This document shows positions 43,984-52,820 of a DNA stretch of 64,000 bases, in pieces (positions within the stretch are counted from its first letter, which is position 1; each line of letters starts with the position of its first letter). A program made the position numbers and the translations under genes. The DNA is taken from the NCBI GenBank assembly GCA_965203195.1, contig OZ241860.1:642334-706333 (forward strand). The letters are read 5' to 3'. The stretch is from Dehalococcoidia bacterium. Lineage in GTDB: Bacteria > Chloroflexota > Dehalococcoidia > Lucifugimonadales > UBA3495. The notes under the pieces were generated by a model that saw only the letters and a list, made by a program, of their open reading frames with translations, was not told the origin of the DNA and did no database searches.

Positions 43984-44897
43984 TGACCGCCGCTATCACA
44001 CGCCGCTATTGCCGGCTGGCTGCCGCGTTTGCCGGCCTGTTTCTGGCAGCGGTGCTGCTGACGTTGCCGGCGTCGCCTATGCCGCTCAATGCCGCTGGGC
44101 CGTTCCAGGCCAACGGCTCCGTGGACATCGCTGACAAGGAATGCTCTTTCTGGCTTGACTACGACCAGGACGGCGAGGGGGACAGCCGGATTGAGACCGA
44201 CTCCGGCGGCTACGTCAGTCAGGAAACCGCAGTAGTCGGCTCCTGCGAATTCCGGCTCAACACGCCGACCGAATCCACGTTGCTGGTAGCATCGGAACTG
44301 ATTGGCTGGAACTCTGAAGTGGAGATTACCCGTGAACCCGGCTCCCCCAGAAGGGTAATCCTGCATCCGGGCGACACCGAAATACCGGGTTTGGTAGGCG
44401 GTTACCGGGTTATCATCAAACATAATGGCGCAACGCCGCGCAGCGGCAAGAGCCGTTCCGTGGGGGATGGCTATCATCACGATGTGCAAATCCCGTTATC
44501 CCTGCGTCTATTGGAAGTCACTGTGACTACCGCCGACGGCACCAGCGACCGCCTTGAGGAAAACATACAATCCGCCAGCAACGCCTACATTGTTGCCCAC
44601 GGGCGCATTGCCAAAGCGGACGATGATGGTGCCACCCCGGACGCCGTTATCACCTTGGCCAGCGAGCTTCTGGCGGAGGGCTATCCACAAATTGCCGACC
44701 GGGTACTTGCGTTGGAGGTGGCACCTGCCGGCGGTGGCGGCGTGAGCCTGTGGATGTGGATTGCCATCATCATCGCCGTTGCAGTCTTGATCGCAGCTAT
44801 TGTAATACTCTTGGCGGTATTCTCGCGCCGGCAAGGGAGAACCGGGGACAGGGAGGCGGAGGAAACCACGCCTTCTGAGCGACGCAGTCAGATGTAG
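43983..44897 (+). CDS. bitopic membrane protein (N-terminal signal/anchor, about 250-aa extracytoplasmic domain, C-terminal TM + charged tail)
   Basis: TAATG start/stop overlap with the upstream gene. N-terminal hydrophobic LAAAFAGLFLAAVLLTL, acidic DYDQDGEGDSRIETD (DxDxDG-like), and C-terminal TM LWMWIAIIIAVAVLIAAIVILLAVF followed by RRQGRTGDREAEE. Confidence 0.7.
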   Translation: MTAAITRRYCRLAAAFAGLFLAAVLLTLPASPMPLNAAGPFQANGSVDIADKECSFWLDYDQDGEGDSRIETDSGGYVSQETAVVGSCEFRLNTPTESTLLVASELIGWNSEVEITREPGSPRRVILHPGDTEIPGLVGGYRVIIKHNGATPRSGKSRSVGDGYHHDVQIPLSLRLLEVTVTTADGTSDRLEENIQSASNAYIVAHGRIAKADDDGATPDAVITLASELLAEGYPQIADRVLALEVAPAGGGGVSLWMWIAIIIAVAVLIAAIVILLAVFSRRQGRTGDREAEETTPSERRSQM

Positions 44898-45101
44898 CCC
44901 GGCGGCAACAAACGGCTGGCAAGCCGCCCCTGCGGTCATAGTGGCCAACGGCCTCCCGCCGGGTGTGGACGGCGCGCTGGACGGACGCGCACCAAAGGAA
45001 GCCTTGGCGCGGGTCAGAGAGGTTATCGACATCAATCTGACCGACTGCCCCGCCGGTGACCTGCCCACGCTGCCGGCAGCCCGCCCCGGAGGATGATTGC
45101 T

Positions 45102-45521
45102 ATGTCCAGTCCCGCCGGCATTGCCGCGCCGCGCGCCGATGCCAAACCCGCCGGCGACGCCGTGGCCGTGGCCCGTTACCGTGCGGAGAGTCGGCGTTCC
45201 CTGGCCCAGGTTGACGCCGCGCTGGCCGCGGGCGCATTGGAACAGGCGTCCCAGGCCCTCTGGGACGCCGCCGCCCACGCCGTGCGGGCCGCCGCCGCCC
45301 GGCGCGGCTGGCCCGGCGCCGCCCCCGGCGACCTGGGCCAGGTCATCATCCGCCTGATTGAGGACGAGGGCGGTTCCATTGACCTGAACACCAACTTCTT
45401 TATCGCCCACAGCTTCGACCGGATTGACCGGGAATGGGAGCTGCCCGTCAGCGCGGATGGCATTCGCCACTGCAAAGGGCCGGTCATAGATCTCCTTCGA
45501 ATGCTGGAAGGTATGAACTGA
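45102..45521 (+). CDS. PaREP1-like / HEPN-fold-like helical protein
   Basis: The segment ALEQASQALWDAAAHAVRAAAARRGW follows the same pattern as the 19857/20391 pair. Start chosen at MSSPAG, 9 nt after GGAGG; an alternative ATG lies at 45093. Confidence 0.5.
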   Translation: MSSPAGIAAPRADAKPAGDAVAVARYRAESRRSLAQVDAALAAGALEQASQALWDAAAHAVRAAAARRGWPGAAPGDLGQVIIRLIEDEGGSIDLNTNFFIAHSFDRIDREWELPVSADGIRHCKGPVIDLLRMLEGMN

Positions 45522-45886
45522 TGACTACCCAGCGCGCCCCGGAACATTACCGGGAACGCAGCCACCATTTTCTGGTGCTGGTGGACGAACTGCTGGACCA
45601 GGGCGAGTTGGAACTGGCTTGCGAATCATTATGGGGAGCGGCGGCATACGCCATTAAAGCTTTGGCAGCCCAAAGGCAATGGCCCCACAATAGCCATATC
45701 CTGCTCGAGGCGACTGTTGTACGCCTGGTTAACGATGGCGCCCCGGAACGCCTGACCGGGCAGTACTATATGACGGCCGCTTTTCATCAAGGCTTCTACG
45801 GCGACCGTATTTTCAATGCTGCCCACATCCGCTACGCCAAAGAGCCGGTTGCAGACTTCATCGCAACTCTGGAAAGGCTGGCCTGA
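45521..45886 (+). CDS. PaREP1-like / HEPN-fold-like helical protein
   Basis: TGATG overlap with the previous gene. The segment GELELACESLWGAAAYAIKALAAQRQWPHNSH is present. 121 aa. Confidence 0.5.
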   Translation: MTTQRAPEHYRERSHHFLVLVDELLDQGELELACESLWGAAAYAIKALAAQRQWPHNSHILLEATVVRLVNDGAPERLTGQYYMTAAFHQGFYGDRIFNAAHIRYAKEPVADFIATLERLA

Positions 45887-45957
45887 CCGGACAGCCTGTG
45901 CCGCAGCATAAAAGCGAATAATCACCCGCCTCTACCGGACCAAGGAGATGATCAACA

Positions 45958-46737
45958 ATGGCAAACTTCACCGAGGAAACGATTTCGGTCGCCGACTGCC
46001 GGTTGCAGGTTTATAAAGGCGGCGCCGGCGAGCCACTGCTGGCGCTGCACGGCGCCGGGGGCAACGCCGGCCCGCGCCGCTACGCCCACGCCCTGGCCGA
46101 AAAGTTCACCGTCTATCTGCCCTCCCATCCCGGCTACGGCAAGAGCGAGCGCCCGGACTGGGTAGAGACTATGCAGGATCTGGCCTGCTTCTATACCTGG
46201 TATCAGGAACAGGAAGGGCTGGAAAACGTGCGCGCCATGGGCTTTTCTATGGGCGGCTGGCTGGCGGCGGAAATGCTGTCTATGACCGGCCACGCTTTCC
46301 GCAAGGTGATGCTGGTGGGCGCGGCGGGCATCAAGCCCAAAGAGGGCGAGATTGCCGACATCTTTATCATCAGCCCCCAGCAGGTGCGGGAGCTGGCGTA
46401 CCACGACCCGGCGCAGGTTCCCGAATGGGACGAGCTGTTCGGCAGCGCCCCCACGCCGGAACAGGCGGAAATGGCGGAACGCGACCGGGAGATGGCCATC
46501 CGGCTGACCTGGCGCCCCTATATGCACAACCCGCGCCTGCCGGCCAAACTGGGGCGGGTCGGCATCCCCACGCACATCGTGTGGGGGGAGCGCGACAACC
46601 TGGTGCCGGTGGAGTGCGCGGAGCTGTACCGGCAGGCCATCGCCGGGGCGCAGGCCACGGTTATTCCCAACTGCGGCCACTCGCCGCAGATTGAAAAGCC
46701 GGACGAGTTCGTGCGGACGGCGCTGGCCTTTTTCTAG
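45958..46737 (+). CDS. alpha/beta hydrolase (meta-cleavage-product-hydrolase-like)
   Basis: 259 aa. LLALHGAGG and nucleophile elbow GFSMGG. C-terminal CGHSPQIEKPDEF. AAGGAG RBS. Confidence 0.85.
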   Translation: MANFTEETISVADCRLQVYKGGAGEPLLALHGAGGNAGPRRYAHALAEKFTVYLPSHPGYGKSERPDWVETMQDLACFYTWYQEQEGLENVRAMGFSMGGWLAAEMLSMTGHAFRKVMLVGAAGIKPKEGEIADIFIISPQQVRELAYHDPAQVPEWDELFGSAPTPEQAEMAERDREMAIRLTWRPYMHNPRLPAKLGRVGIPTHIVWGERDNLVPVECAELYRQAIAGAQATVIPNCGHSPQIEKPDEFVRTALAFF

Positions 46738-46779
46738 GCCGGCGTCGTGCCGGCGCCAAGTCCGTAATGGAGGGCGACG

Positions 46780-47343
46780 ATGACCACGGCAACTGTCGGA
46801 CAGGAACTGCTGACCGCCGCCGACCTGCTGCGCCTGCACCGCAAAGGCGTCAAGGGCGAACTGGTACGGGGGGAGTTGCGCGAAACTAGGTCATCCGGTG
46901 GTGAACACGGCGAAATTGCCGGCGCGCTGCTCGCGGAAATCCGGGCCTATGTCCGGCCGCGCCGTATGGGGCGGGTAAGCGGTTCCGACGCCGGCGTACG
47001 CCTGGAGAGAGACCCGGATACGGTGCGGGAACCGGACGTCGTCTATATCGCCGCGGAAAAATTGCCTCTGGATGTGAAGGTTAGGGGATACTATGAAGTC
47101 ATTCCCGACCTGGTGGCAGAGGTTGTGTCGCCCAACGACCGCCCGCGGGAAGTGGCCGGGCGGGTCGCGATGTGGCACTCCTACGGCGTAGCAATGGTCT
47201 GGGCGGTTTATCCGGCGCAGCGAATGGTGGCGGCGCACCCGCTGGGCGGCGCGGCGGTTATACTGGGGGAGGATGATCTGTTGGACGGCGGGGAAGTCAT
47301 TCCCGGCTTCCAATGTCTGGTGCGGGATATACTTGACCTGTAG
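46780..47343 (+). CDS. Uma2 family endonuclease
   Basis: 187 aa. PDVVYI...PDLVAEVVSPND...YGVAMVWAVYP. Confidence 0.8.
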   Translation: MTTATVGQELLTAADLLRLHRKGVKGELVRGELRETRSSGGEHGEIAGALLAEIRAYVRPRRMGRVSGSDAGVRLERDPDTVREPDVVYIAAEKLPLDVKVRGYYEVIPDLVAEVVSPNDRPREVAGRVAMWHSYGVAMVWAVYPAQRMVAAHPLGGAAVILGEDDLLDGGEVIPGFQCLVRDILDL

Positions 47344-47456
47344 CCGGCGCAATGTGACCGTCGTATGCGCTGCGCCCAAAAAGCGCAGCGGTTCCGATAC
47401 GCTCTTTGCCGGCCGGCGCCGCGCCGATGCCAAACCGGGACTAACGGAGTACGACG

Positions 47457-48023
47457 ATGATAACGGCAACTGTCGGACAGGAACTGCTGACCGCCGCCGA
47501 CCTGCTGCGCCTGCACCGCAAAGGCGTCAAGGGCGAACTGGTACGGGGGGTTTTACACGAACTTATGTCGACCAGCGGTGAACACAGCGAAGTCGCCGCC
47601 GCCCTGGCCGGCGCAATTTGGGCTCACGTCCGCCCCCGCCGGTTGGGGCGGGTGTCAGCTTCCGATGGCGGCGTCCTCCTGGAGCGCGATCCCGACACGG
47701 TCAGGGAGATGGATGTCGGCTATTTTTCCGCCGAAACCCTGCCGCTGGACGCCAGAGTGCGCCATAGCTACTACGAAGTCATCCCCGACCTGGTGGTGGA
47801 AATTGTGTCGCCCAACCACCGCCCGGGGGAAGTCGCCGACCGGATTGCCATGTGGCACGCCTACGGCGTAGCAATGGTCTGGGCCGTCTATCCGGCGCAG
47901 CGTATGGTGGCGGCGCACCCGCTGGGCGGCGCGGCGGTTATACTGGGGGAGGATGATCTGCTGGACGGCGGGGAAGTCATTCCCGGCTTCCAATGTCTGG
48001 TGCGGGATATACTTGACCCGTAG
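47457..48023 (+). CDS. Uma2 family endonuclease (tandem paralogue)
   Basis: 188 aa. The first roughly 95 nt and last roughly 150 nt are near-identical to 46780..47343; the centre has diverged. Confidence 0.8.
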   Translation: MITATVGQELLTAADLLRLHRKGVKGELVRGVLHELMSTSGEHSEVAAALAGAIWAHVRPRRLGRVSASDGGVLLERDPDTVREMDVGYFSAETLPLDARVRHSYYEVIPDLVVEIVSPNHRPGEVADRIAMWHAYGVAMVWAVYPAQRMVAAHPLGGAAVILGEDDLLDGGEVIPGFQCLVRDILDP

Positions 48024-48053
48024 CGGGGCGCTCTGCCGCCCAGCAAGGGGACG

Positions 48054-49184
48054 ATGATGAAAATCCGGTCGCTTACCGCCAGAAACTACCGCAGCATACG
48101 GGACGCCACCATTGAGCTGGGCGACCTGTCGCTGTTCATCGGCGCCAACGCCACCGGGAAAAGCGCCATCCTGGATGCGCTCCGCCTGCTCAGCGAAGCC
48201 GTCCGGGGGCGCGATTTCCGCGGGCCCGTCTATTCGCGTGGCGGCTTTCTGAACCTGGCTTGGAAAGGGGCAGAAGCCGACCGGGTCGATCTCACCGTGA
48301 CTGTGGAAGGTGAGAGGAACTTTGAGTGGTCGGTAGCTTTGGAGCGGCATGGGCACGACCTTACCGTGGCGGAATCGGTATATGAAACGCCGCGAGGGTC
48401 TCCTCGCCTTGAGCTGTTGCGCGCCGAATCCGGCCGTGGTTCATGGTGGTCGGGAGAGGAGGCCGCATCGGTCAAGCTCCTGCAAGGAGCATCCGTTTGC
48501 GCTTTGGCCGCAGCTTCTGCTGACGCCTCGTTCCCGGCGCGCCAAGTCGCTGAATTTGTGAGTCAGTGGAGCTTCTTTGACCCCAGCCCCTTCTTGCTAC
48601 GACGCGACTGGAACCTGCCCAACGCCGTCGGGTTTGACCCCTATGGTCGCAACTTGGGCGAAACGCTGTATAACCTTCGGAATGCACACCCTGAAGTCCT
48701 TGACCAGGTTGTAGAAGCGACGCGGTCAATTGTAGGACTTCCTGATGAGATTGAACCTCGCGAAGCGGAGGATCGCTTCTATTTTGTGCAACGCGAACCC
48801 GGACTGCAATTCCCGGTCAATCAGATGGGCGTTTCCAGTGGAAGTTTGCGGGTACTAGCGTTGATGACCGCGCTGTACGGGCAACCGGGAACGAAGCTCA
48901 TCGGCATTGAGGAACCGGAGAACTACATTCACCCTACGGCGCTTGAAGCGCTGGTTGCGCACATTCATTCCGCACGGGAGAGTACGCAGTTTCTGATAAC
49001 TACCCACTCGTCCCTGTTGCTCAGCTACCTGGACGACCCGGCGGCAGTGAGCGTTGTCAAGCGGGATGACCACCTCGGCGCCATCATCCGGAAGGAACGC
49101 GACCCGGAGGGCGTGCGCAAAGGGCTGGAAGCGTCCGGGTTCGGCCTGGGCGAGTACCACGAAACCAAAGGGTTCGGAGGCTAA
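48054..49184 (+). CDS. AAA family ATPase (ABC/OLD-like, AAA_21-type)
   Basis: 376 aa. Walker A GANATGKSAILDAL. C-terminal signature/Walker B region LIGIEEPENYIHP and TTHS. Confidence 0.8.
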   Translation: MMKIRSLTARNYRSIRDATIELGDLSLFIGANATGKSAILDALRLLSEAVRGRDFRGPVYSRGGFLNLAWKGAEADRVDLTVTVEGERNFEWSVALERHGHDLTVAESVYETPRGSPRLELLRAESGRGSWWSGEEAASVKLLQGASVCALAAASADASFPARQVAEFVSQWSFFDPSPFLLRRDWNLPNAVGFDPYGRNLGETLYNLRNAHPEVLDQVVEATRSIVGLPDEIEPREAEDRFYFVQREPGLQFPVNQMGVSSGSLRVLALMTALYGQPGTKLIGIEEPENYIHPTALEALVAHIHSARESTQFLITTHSSLLLSYLDDPAAVSVVKRDDHLGAIIRKERDPEGVRKGLEASGFGLGEYHETKGFGG

Positions 49185-49189
49185 CCGGA

Positions 49190-49792
49190 ATGCTTAAGCG
49201 TGTATTGGTCATCGCCTCCGGCAACACGGAACGGCTGGCGCTGCCGCATTTGACCGCGCGCCTGCGGGACTATGGCATCGCCGTAGATGTCAGCATCCCG
49301 CCCAAGCATCGCGCGATTACGGCCCGCGAGGCGTACCGCATAATAGAATCGGAGCGGTATAGCTTGCCCGCCCCGGACAAGTATGTAATACTGGTTGACG
49401 CCGACGGCAAACTGCCTGAAACTGTTCTGCGACCGATACAATCGGGATTGTCGCAACGACTTGGCGAACACTTTGAAGCCGCCGTTTTGTACGCCTACGC
49501 GCAGTGGCATCTGGAAGCCTGGTTTTTTGCCGATGACCGTAACCTGCGGGCATATCTCGGTGGCCGGGCGCTGGGCAGCGTTGACACCACACAACCCGAC
49601 CGCATCCGAAACCCGAAAGAGCATCTCAAGAACCTGCTTTCCGGCTGCGCCTATGCCGCCCGGATCGCCGGCCAAATCGCATCGGCATTGGAACCTGACA
49701 CCATCGCCCAACGCAGCCCCAGCTTTGCCGGCTTCCTGTCCGCCGTCCGCAACGGCGCCGGCGATGGCGACGGAAACCGCGCCGGCGCCTGA
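49190..49792 (+). CDS. DUF4276-like protein (partner of the ATPase)
   Basis: 200 aa. It starts 6 nt after the ATPase stop. N-terminal VLVIASGNTERLALPHL and later ILVDADG resemble the DUF4276 / Toprim-like pattern. Confidence 0.55.
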   Translation: MLKRVLVIASGNTERLALPHLTARLRDYGIAVDVSIPPKHRAITAREAYRIIESERYSLPAPDKYVILVDADGKLPETVLRPIQSGLSQRLGEHFEAAVLYAYAQWHLEAWFFADDRNLRAYLGGRALGSVDTTQPDRIRNPKEHLKNLLSGCAYAARIAGQIASALEPDTIAQRSPSFAGFLSAVRNGAGDGDGNRAGA

Positions 49793-49817
49793 CCCCAGCC
49801 CAAAGGAGCCCCAGCCG

Positions 49818-50945
49818 ATGGACGTTTTCTACTTTACCGAAATGCCTTACGCCGAGTTCCCTGAAGCGGAAGCGGAGAAGTATCCCTCAATGCGTCTCAC
49901 CTTCCCCAACACTTACTTCGACCAGCCCACCGCAACCGGCCTGCTGAACCGCTACCTGGACGAATACCAGTATGCCGAGGAAATGGGCTTTGACGGGCTG
50001 ATGATTAACGAACACCACAACACGCCGTCGTGTATGGACGTGGAAGTGAACATCACCGGCGGCATTCTGGCGCGCATCACCAGCCGGGCCAAAATCCTGA
50101 TGCTGGGCAATATGCTGCCCACTTCCGACAACCCCGTGCGGCTGGCCGAGGAAATTGCCCTGCTGGATGTCATCTCCGGCGGGCGCATCATTTCCGGCTT
50201 CGTGCGCGGCATCGGCATTGAGTCCTGGGCCAACAACACCAACCCGATCCACAACCGGGAGCGGTTCGAGGAATGCCACGACCTGGTGGTCAAGACCTGG
50301 ACCACGCCGGGGCCATTCCGCTGGGAAGGCACCCACTACCACTACCGGGCAGTGAACCCGTGGATGCTGCCCGTGCAGAAACCCCATCCGCCGGTGTGGG
50401 TGCCGGGCACCGGCAGCCCGAAGACGGTGGAATGGACGGCGCGCCATCGCTACACCTACGCCGCCTTTCTGACGCCGCTGGAGGTGGCGAAAAACCTGTT
50501 CGCCCGCTACCGGGAACACGCCGCCGCCGACGGCTGGGAACCGGGGCCGGAGCAGTTCGCCTTTATGATTTGCTGCCATGTCAACGACACCGACGCCAAA
50601 GCGCAGGAAGCAGGCCGGGCGTTCCTGTGGCGGATGAACTACCCGCTGCGGGGGCCGCGGGAATACTGGTCGCCGCCGGGCTATGCCTCCCGCGCCGGCG
50701 CCGCGGCCGTAGCCGCGCGCCGGCCCACGCCGTTGCACGAACTGTCCTATGCGGAATTGCAGCAGCGGTATCACCTGGTGGTGGGCAGCCCGGACACCGT
50801 CATCAAAAAGCTGCGCCACATCCGGGACGAGCTGGGCGTAGGTTCCCTGCTGCTGGAGGCCCAGGGCGGGCAATTGTCGCACGCCGACACAATGCGCTCC
50901 ATTGAGCTGTTCGGCAAAGAGGTAATACCGGCGCTTAAGGAGTAA
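49818..50945 (+). CDS. LLM class flavin-dependent oxidoreductase
   Basis: ORF 49395.. trimmed to MDVFYFTEMPY behind an AAAGGAG RBS. Motifs INEHHNT and DVISGGRI. 375 aa. Confidence 0.8.
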   Translation: MDVFYFTEMPYAEFPEAEAEKYPSMRLTFPNTYFDQPTATGLLNRYLDEYQYAEEMGFDGLMINEHHNTPSCMDVEVNITGGILARITSRAKILMLGNMLPTSDNPVRLAEEIALLDVISGGRIISGFVRGIGIESWANNTNPIHNRERFEECHDLVVKTWTTPGPFRWEGTHYHYRAVNPWMLPVQKPHPPVWVPGTGSPKTVEWTARHRYTYAAFLTPLEVAKNLFARYREHAAADGWEPGPEQFAFMICCHVNDTDAKAQEAGRAFLWRMNYPLRGPREYWSPPGYASRAGAAAVAARRPTPLHELSYAELQQRYHLVVGSPDTVIKKLRHIRDELGVGSLLLEAQGGQLSHADTMRSIELFGKEVIPALKE

Positions 50946-50996
50946 CGGCGGCGACGGCGACACAATTGCGGCGCCCGCCGGAGGTTCTGAACACAG

Positions 50997-51551
50997 TTAT
51001 ACGGCGCCATGCAGGTTGGCGACGCCGTCGAGGAAAACGGCAAAGCTGCGCGAGCGATTGCCATTGCGGGTCAGGTGGTTGGCCATCAAGCGCGCGCCGC
51101 TGCTTTTCCCAAAGCCTGGAACCAGTCTTCGGAGCTCGCGCGAGGGTTTGGCGATGACATCCGGGTCGCGGTAGCGGGCGCGGTTTCCGATACCGCGCAA
51201 CCCGTCGTTGCCAAAAGCAGCGGCCAAAGCGTCCGGGTCGCCAATGTACCAGGATTCCAGTTCCTGGCAAACGATTCGTATCAGGACATCGTCCCTGTAG
51301 CCCGCTTGGCAAAGCTGGCGGAGGTTTTCCTTGCGCTCCAGACAATCGCCTCCGTCGTTGTCCCGCACGATAACGAAGCGGTCTCCAGGGTTGCCCCAGC
51401 CCCGTAGCTTGCGCGGGATACTGCGTTCCAGGTCGGTTTTGCCCCGGTGGGGGATACACAGGAAATCGAGGTTCGGAAAGACCCGGGGCAACAAGCCTTC
51501 CAGCAAGTCTTTCATTGATGGTTCCTCAAGCAGGAATACCAGTCTGCTCAT
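50997..51551 (-). CDS. DUF4276 family protein
   Basis: 184 aa with LVFLLEEPSMKDLLEGLLPRVF, VIVRDNDGGD and ELESWY. ATGA overlap with the upstream ATPase gene. Confidence 0.6.
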   Translation of the reverse strand: MSRLVFLLEEPSMKDLLEGLLPRVFPNLDFLCIPHRGKTDLERSIPRKLRGWGNPGDRFVIVRDNDGGDCLERKENLRQLCQAGYRDDVLIRIVCQELESWYIGDPDALAAAFGNDGLRGIGNRARYRDPDVIAKPSRELRRLVPGFGKSSGARLMANHLTRNGNRSRSFAVFLDGVANLHGAV

Positions 51552-52732
51552 GGCAGTTCCGCATCAAGCAGCCCATGCGTCCAAAGGACGCCGGGCAGAT
51601 CTCCTTCTTGAACCAGACGGCGCAAGGTTTCGGATTCCGACACGCGGCGCGCCGTGCTGAAGCCGTTCTGTTTGGTCAGCCGGAAGATTTCGTCCAGCTC
51701 GACGCCATTCAAAAAATCCGGGGAGTGGGTAGATACGAACACCTGCCCGCCGCGCCGGGCATAGTCCCGAAACTCCTCGGCCAATTCCATCAAAAGCTCC
51801 GGGTAAAGCTGATTTTCCGGCTCCTCAACCGCCAGCAACGGATGCGGCCTGGGGTCGTAAAGTAGCATCAGATAGGCAAACATCTTGATGGTGCCATCCG
51901 ATACGTAGCGGGCGATGAACGGGTCTTTGAAACTGCCGTCCTGAAAACTCAATACCAGCCTGCCGTCGAGGGTGGGCCGGGCTTCAACCTGGCGCACTCC
52001 CGGCACACGCCGGCTCATTGCCGCTAACGCCTGGTCAAAACGCTCGCGGTGGTTTTCATAAAGATATTGGGCAACCAACGCTACATTGTCGCCGCGCGTG
52101 TTGAGATGCTCGGCGTACCCGGCGTCCGCGCTGGGACGGGCTTCGGCGATGTGAAAGTCGGAGATATACCAGCTTTCAATCAAACTGCGGAACTCGGAAA
52201 CCACACGAAAACCCCGAAACTGCCCCAGGCCCTTGATTGCCAGGATGCTGGGGTCGTCCAAAGTGTAATCCTCCCGTTGCTCTACCGCCCCGCCTTCCCC
52301 ATAGGCCGCCTCATTGGTGATTGCCCTGCCGGCGCCTTGACTGAAATCCACAAACCGCCACGGGCGGCCGCGCTGCCCGCGCCGATAGCTGAGAACTTCG
52401 CGCTCTACTACCGCACGGCGCGCCTGCTCGCCCACCGCCAGTTGGTAGGTGACCAACCGTCCGCCGCTTTCCCGAAACTTGACCGTTATCTCGAACGGGC
52501 CATCAGCATCGCGACTGACCAGTTCCCGGAATCCCCCGCGCTTGGTCACTGCGCTGGCGACGTTGTCGGCCAGGGCGTCCTTGAGAAACTTGAACACGTC
52601 GAACAGCGTGGACTTGCCGGAACCGTTGGCTCCCACCACCACCGCCATGCGCGGCAGGTTGCTCAATGCGACATTGCGAAAGAGACGGTAGTTCTTGATC
52701 TCAATGCCCTCAATTTGCATAGCGCTCGGCAT
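51548..52732 (-). CDS. AAA family ATPase (ABC/OLD-like, AAA_21-type)
   Basis: 394 aa. Walker A GANGSGKSTLFDVF, then LLAVEEPENQLYP and STHSP. Confidence 0.8.
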   Translation of the reverse strand: MPSAMQIEGIEIKNYRLFRNVALSNLPRMAVVVGANGSGKSTLFDVFKFLKDALADNVASAVTKRGGFRELVSRDADGPFEITVKFRESGGRLVTYQLAVGEQARRAVVEREVLSYRRGQRGRPWRFVDFSQGAGRAITNEAAYGEGGAVEQREDYTLDDPSILAIKGLGQFRGFRVVSEFRSLIESWYISDFHIAEARPSADAGYAEHLNTRGDNVALVAQYLYENHRERFDQALAAMSRRVPGVRQVEARPTLDGRLVLSFQDGSFKDPFIARYVSDGTIKMFAYLMLLYDPRPHPLLAVEEPENQLYPELLMELAEEFRDYARRGGQVFVSTHSPDFLNGVELDEIFRLTKQNGFSTARRVSESETLRRLVQEGDLPGVLWTHGLLDAELP

Positions 52733-52820
52733 GGCGACACTCCCGGCGCCCCGTTAACTGGCCGCGTCCGCGCTTCTTCGCGCCTTATGCCGGATGGCGG
52801 AGCAAGGCTGCCGTACGTCG

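Noticed and set aside
44941-45096. 51-codon GTG-initiated ORF between the membrane-protein gene and the first PaREP1-like gene
   Set aside because: It has no RBS, is short, and has no recognisable features. I kept it only as a note because it overlaps the alternative ATG at 45093.
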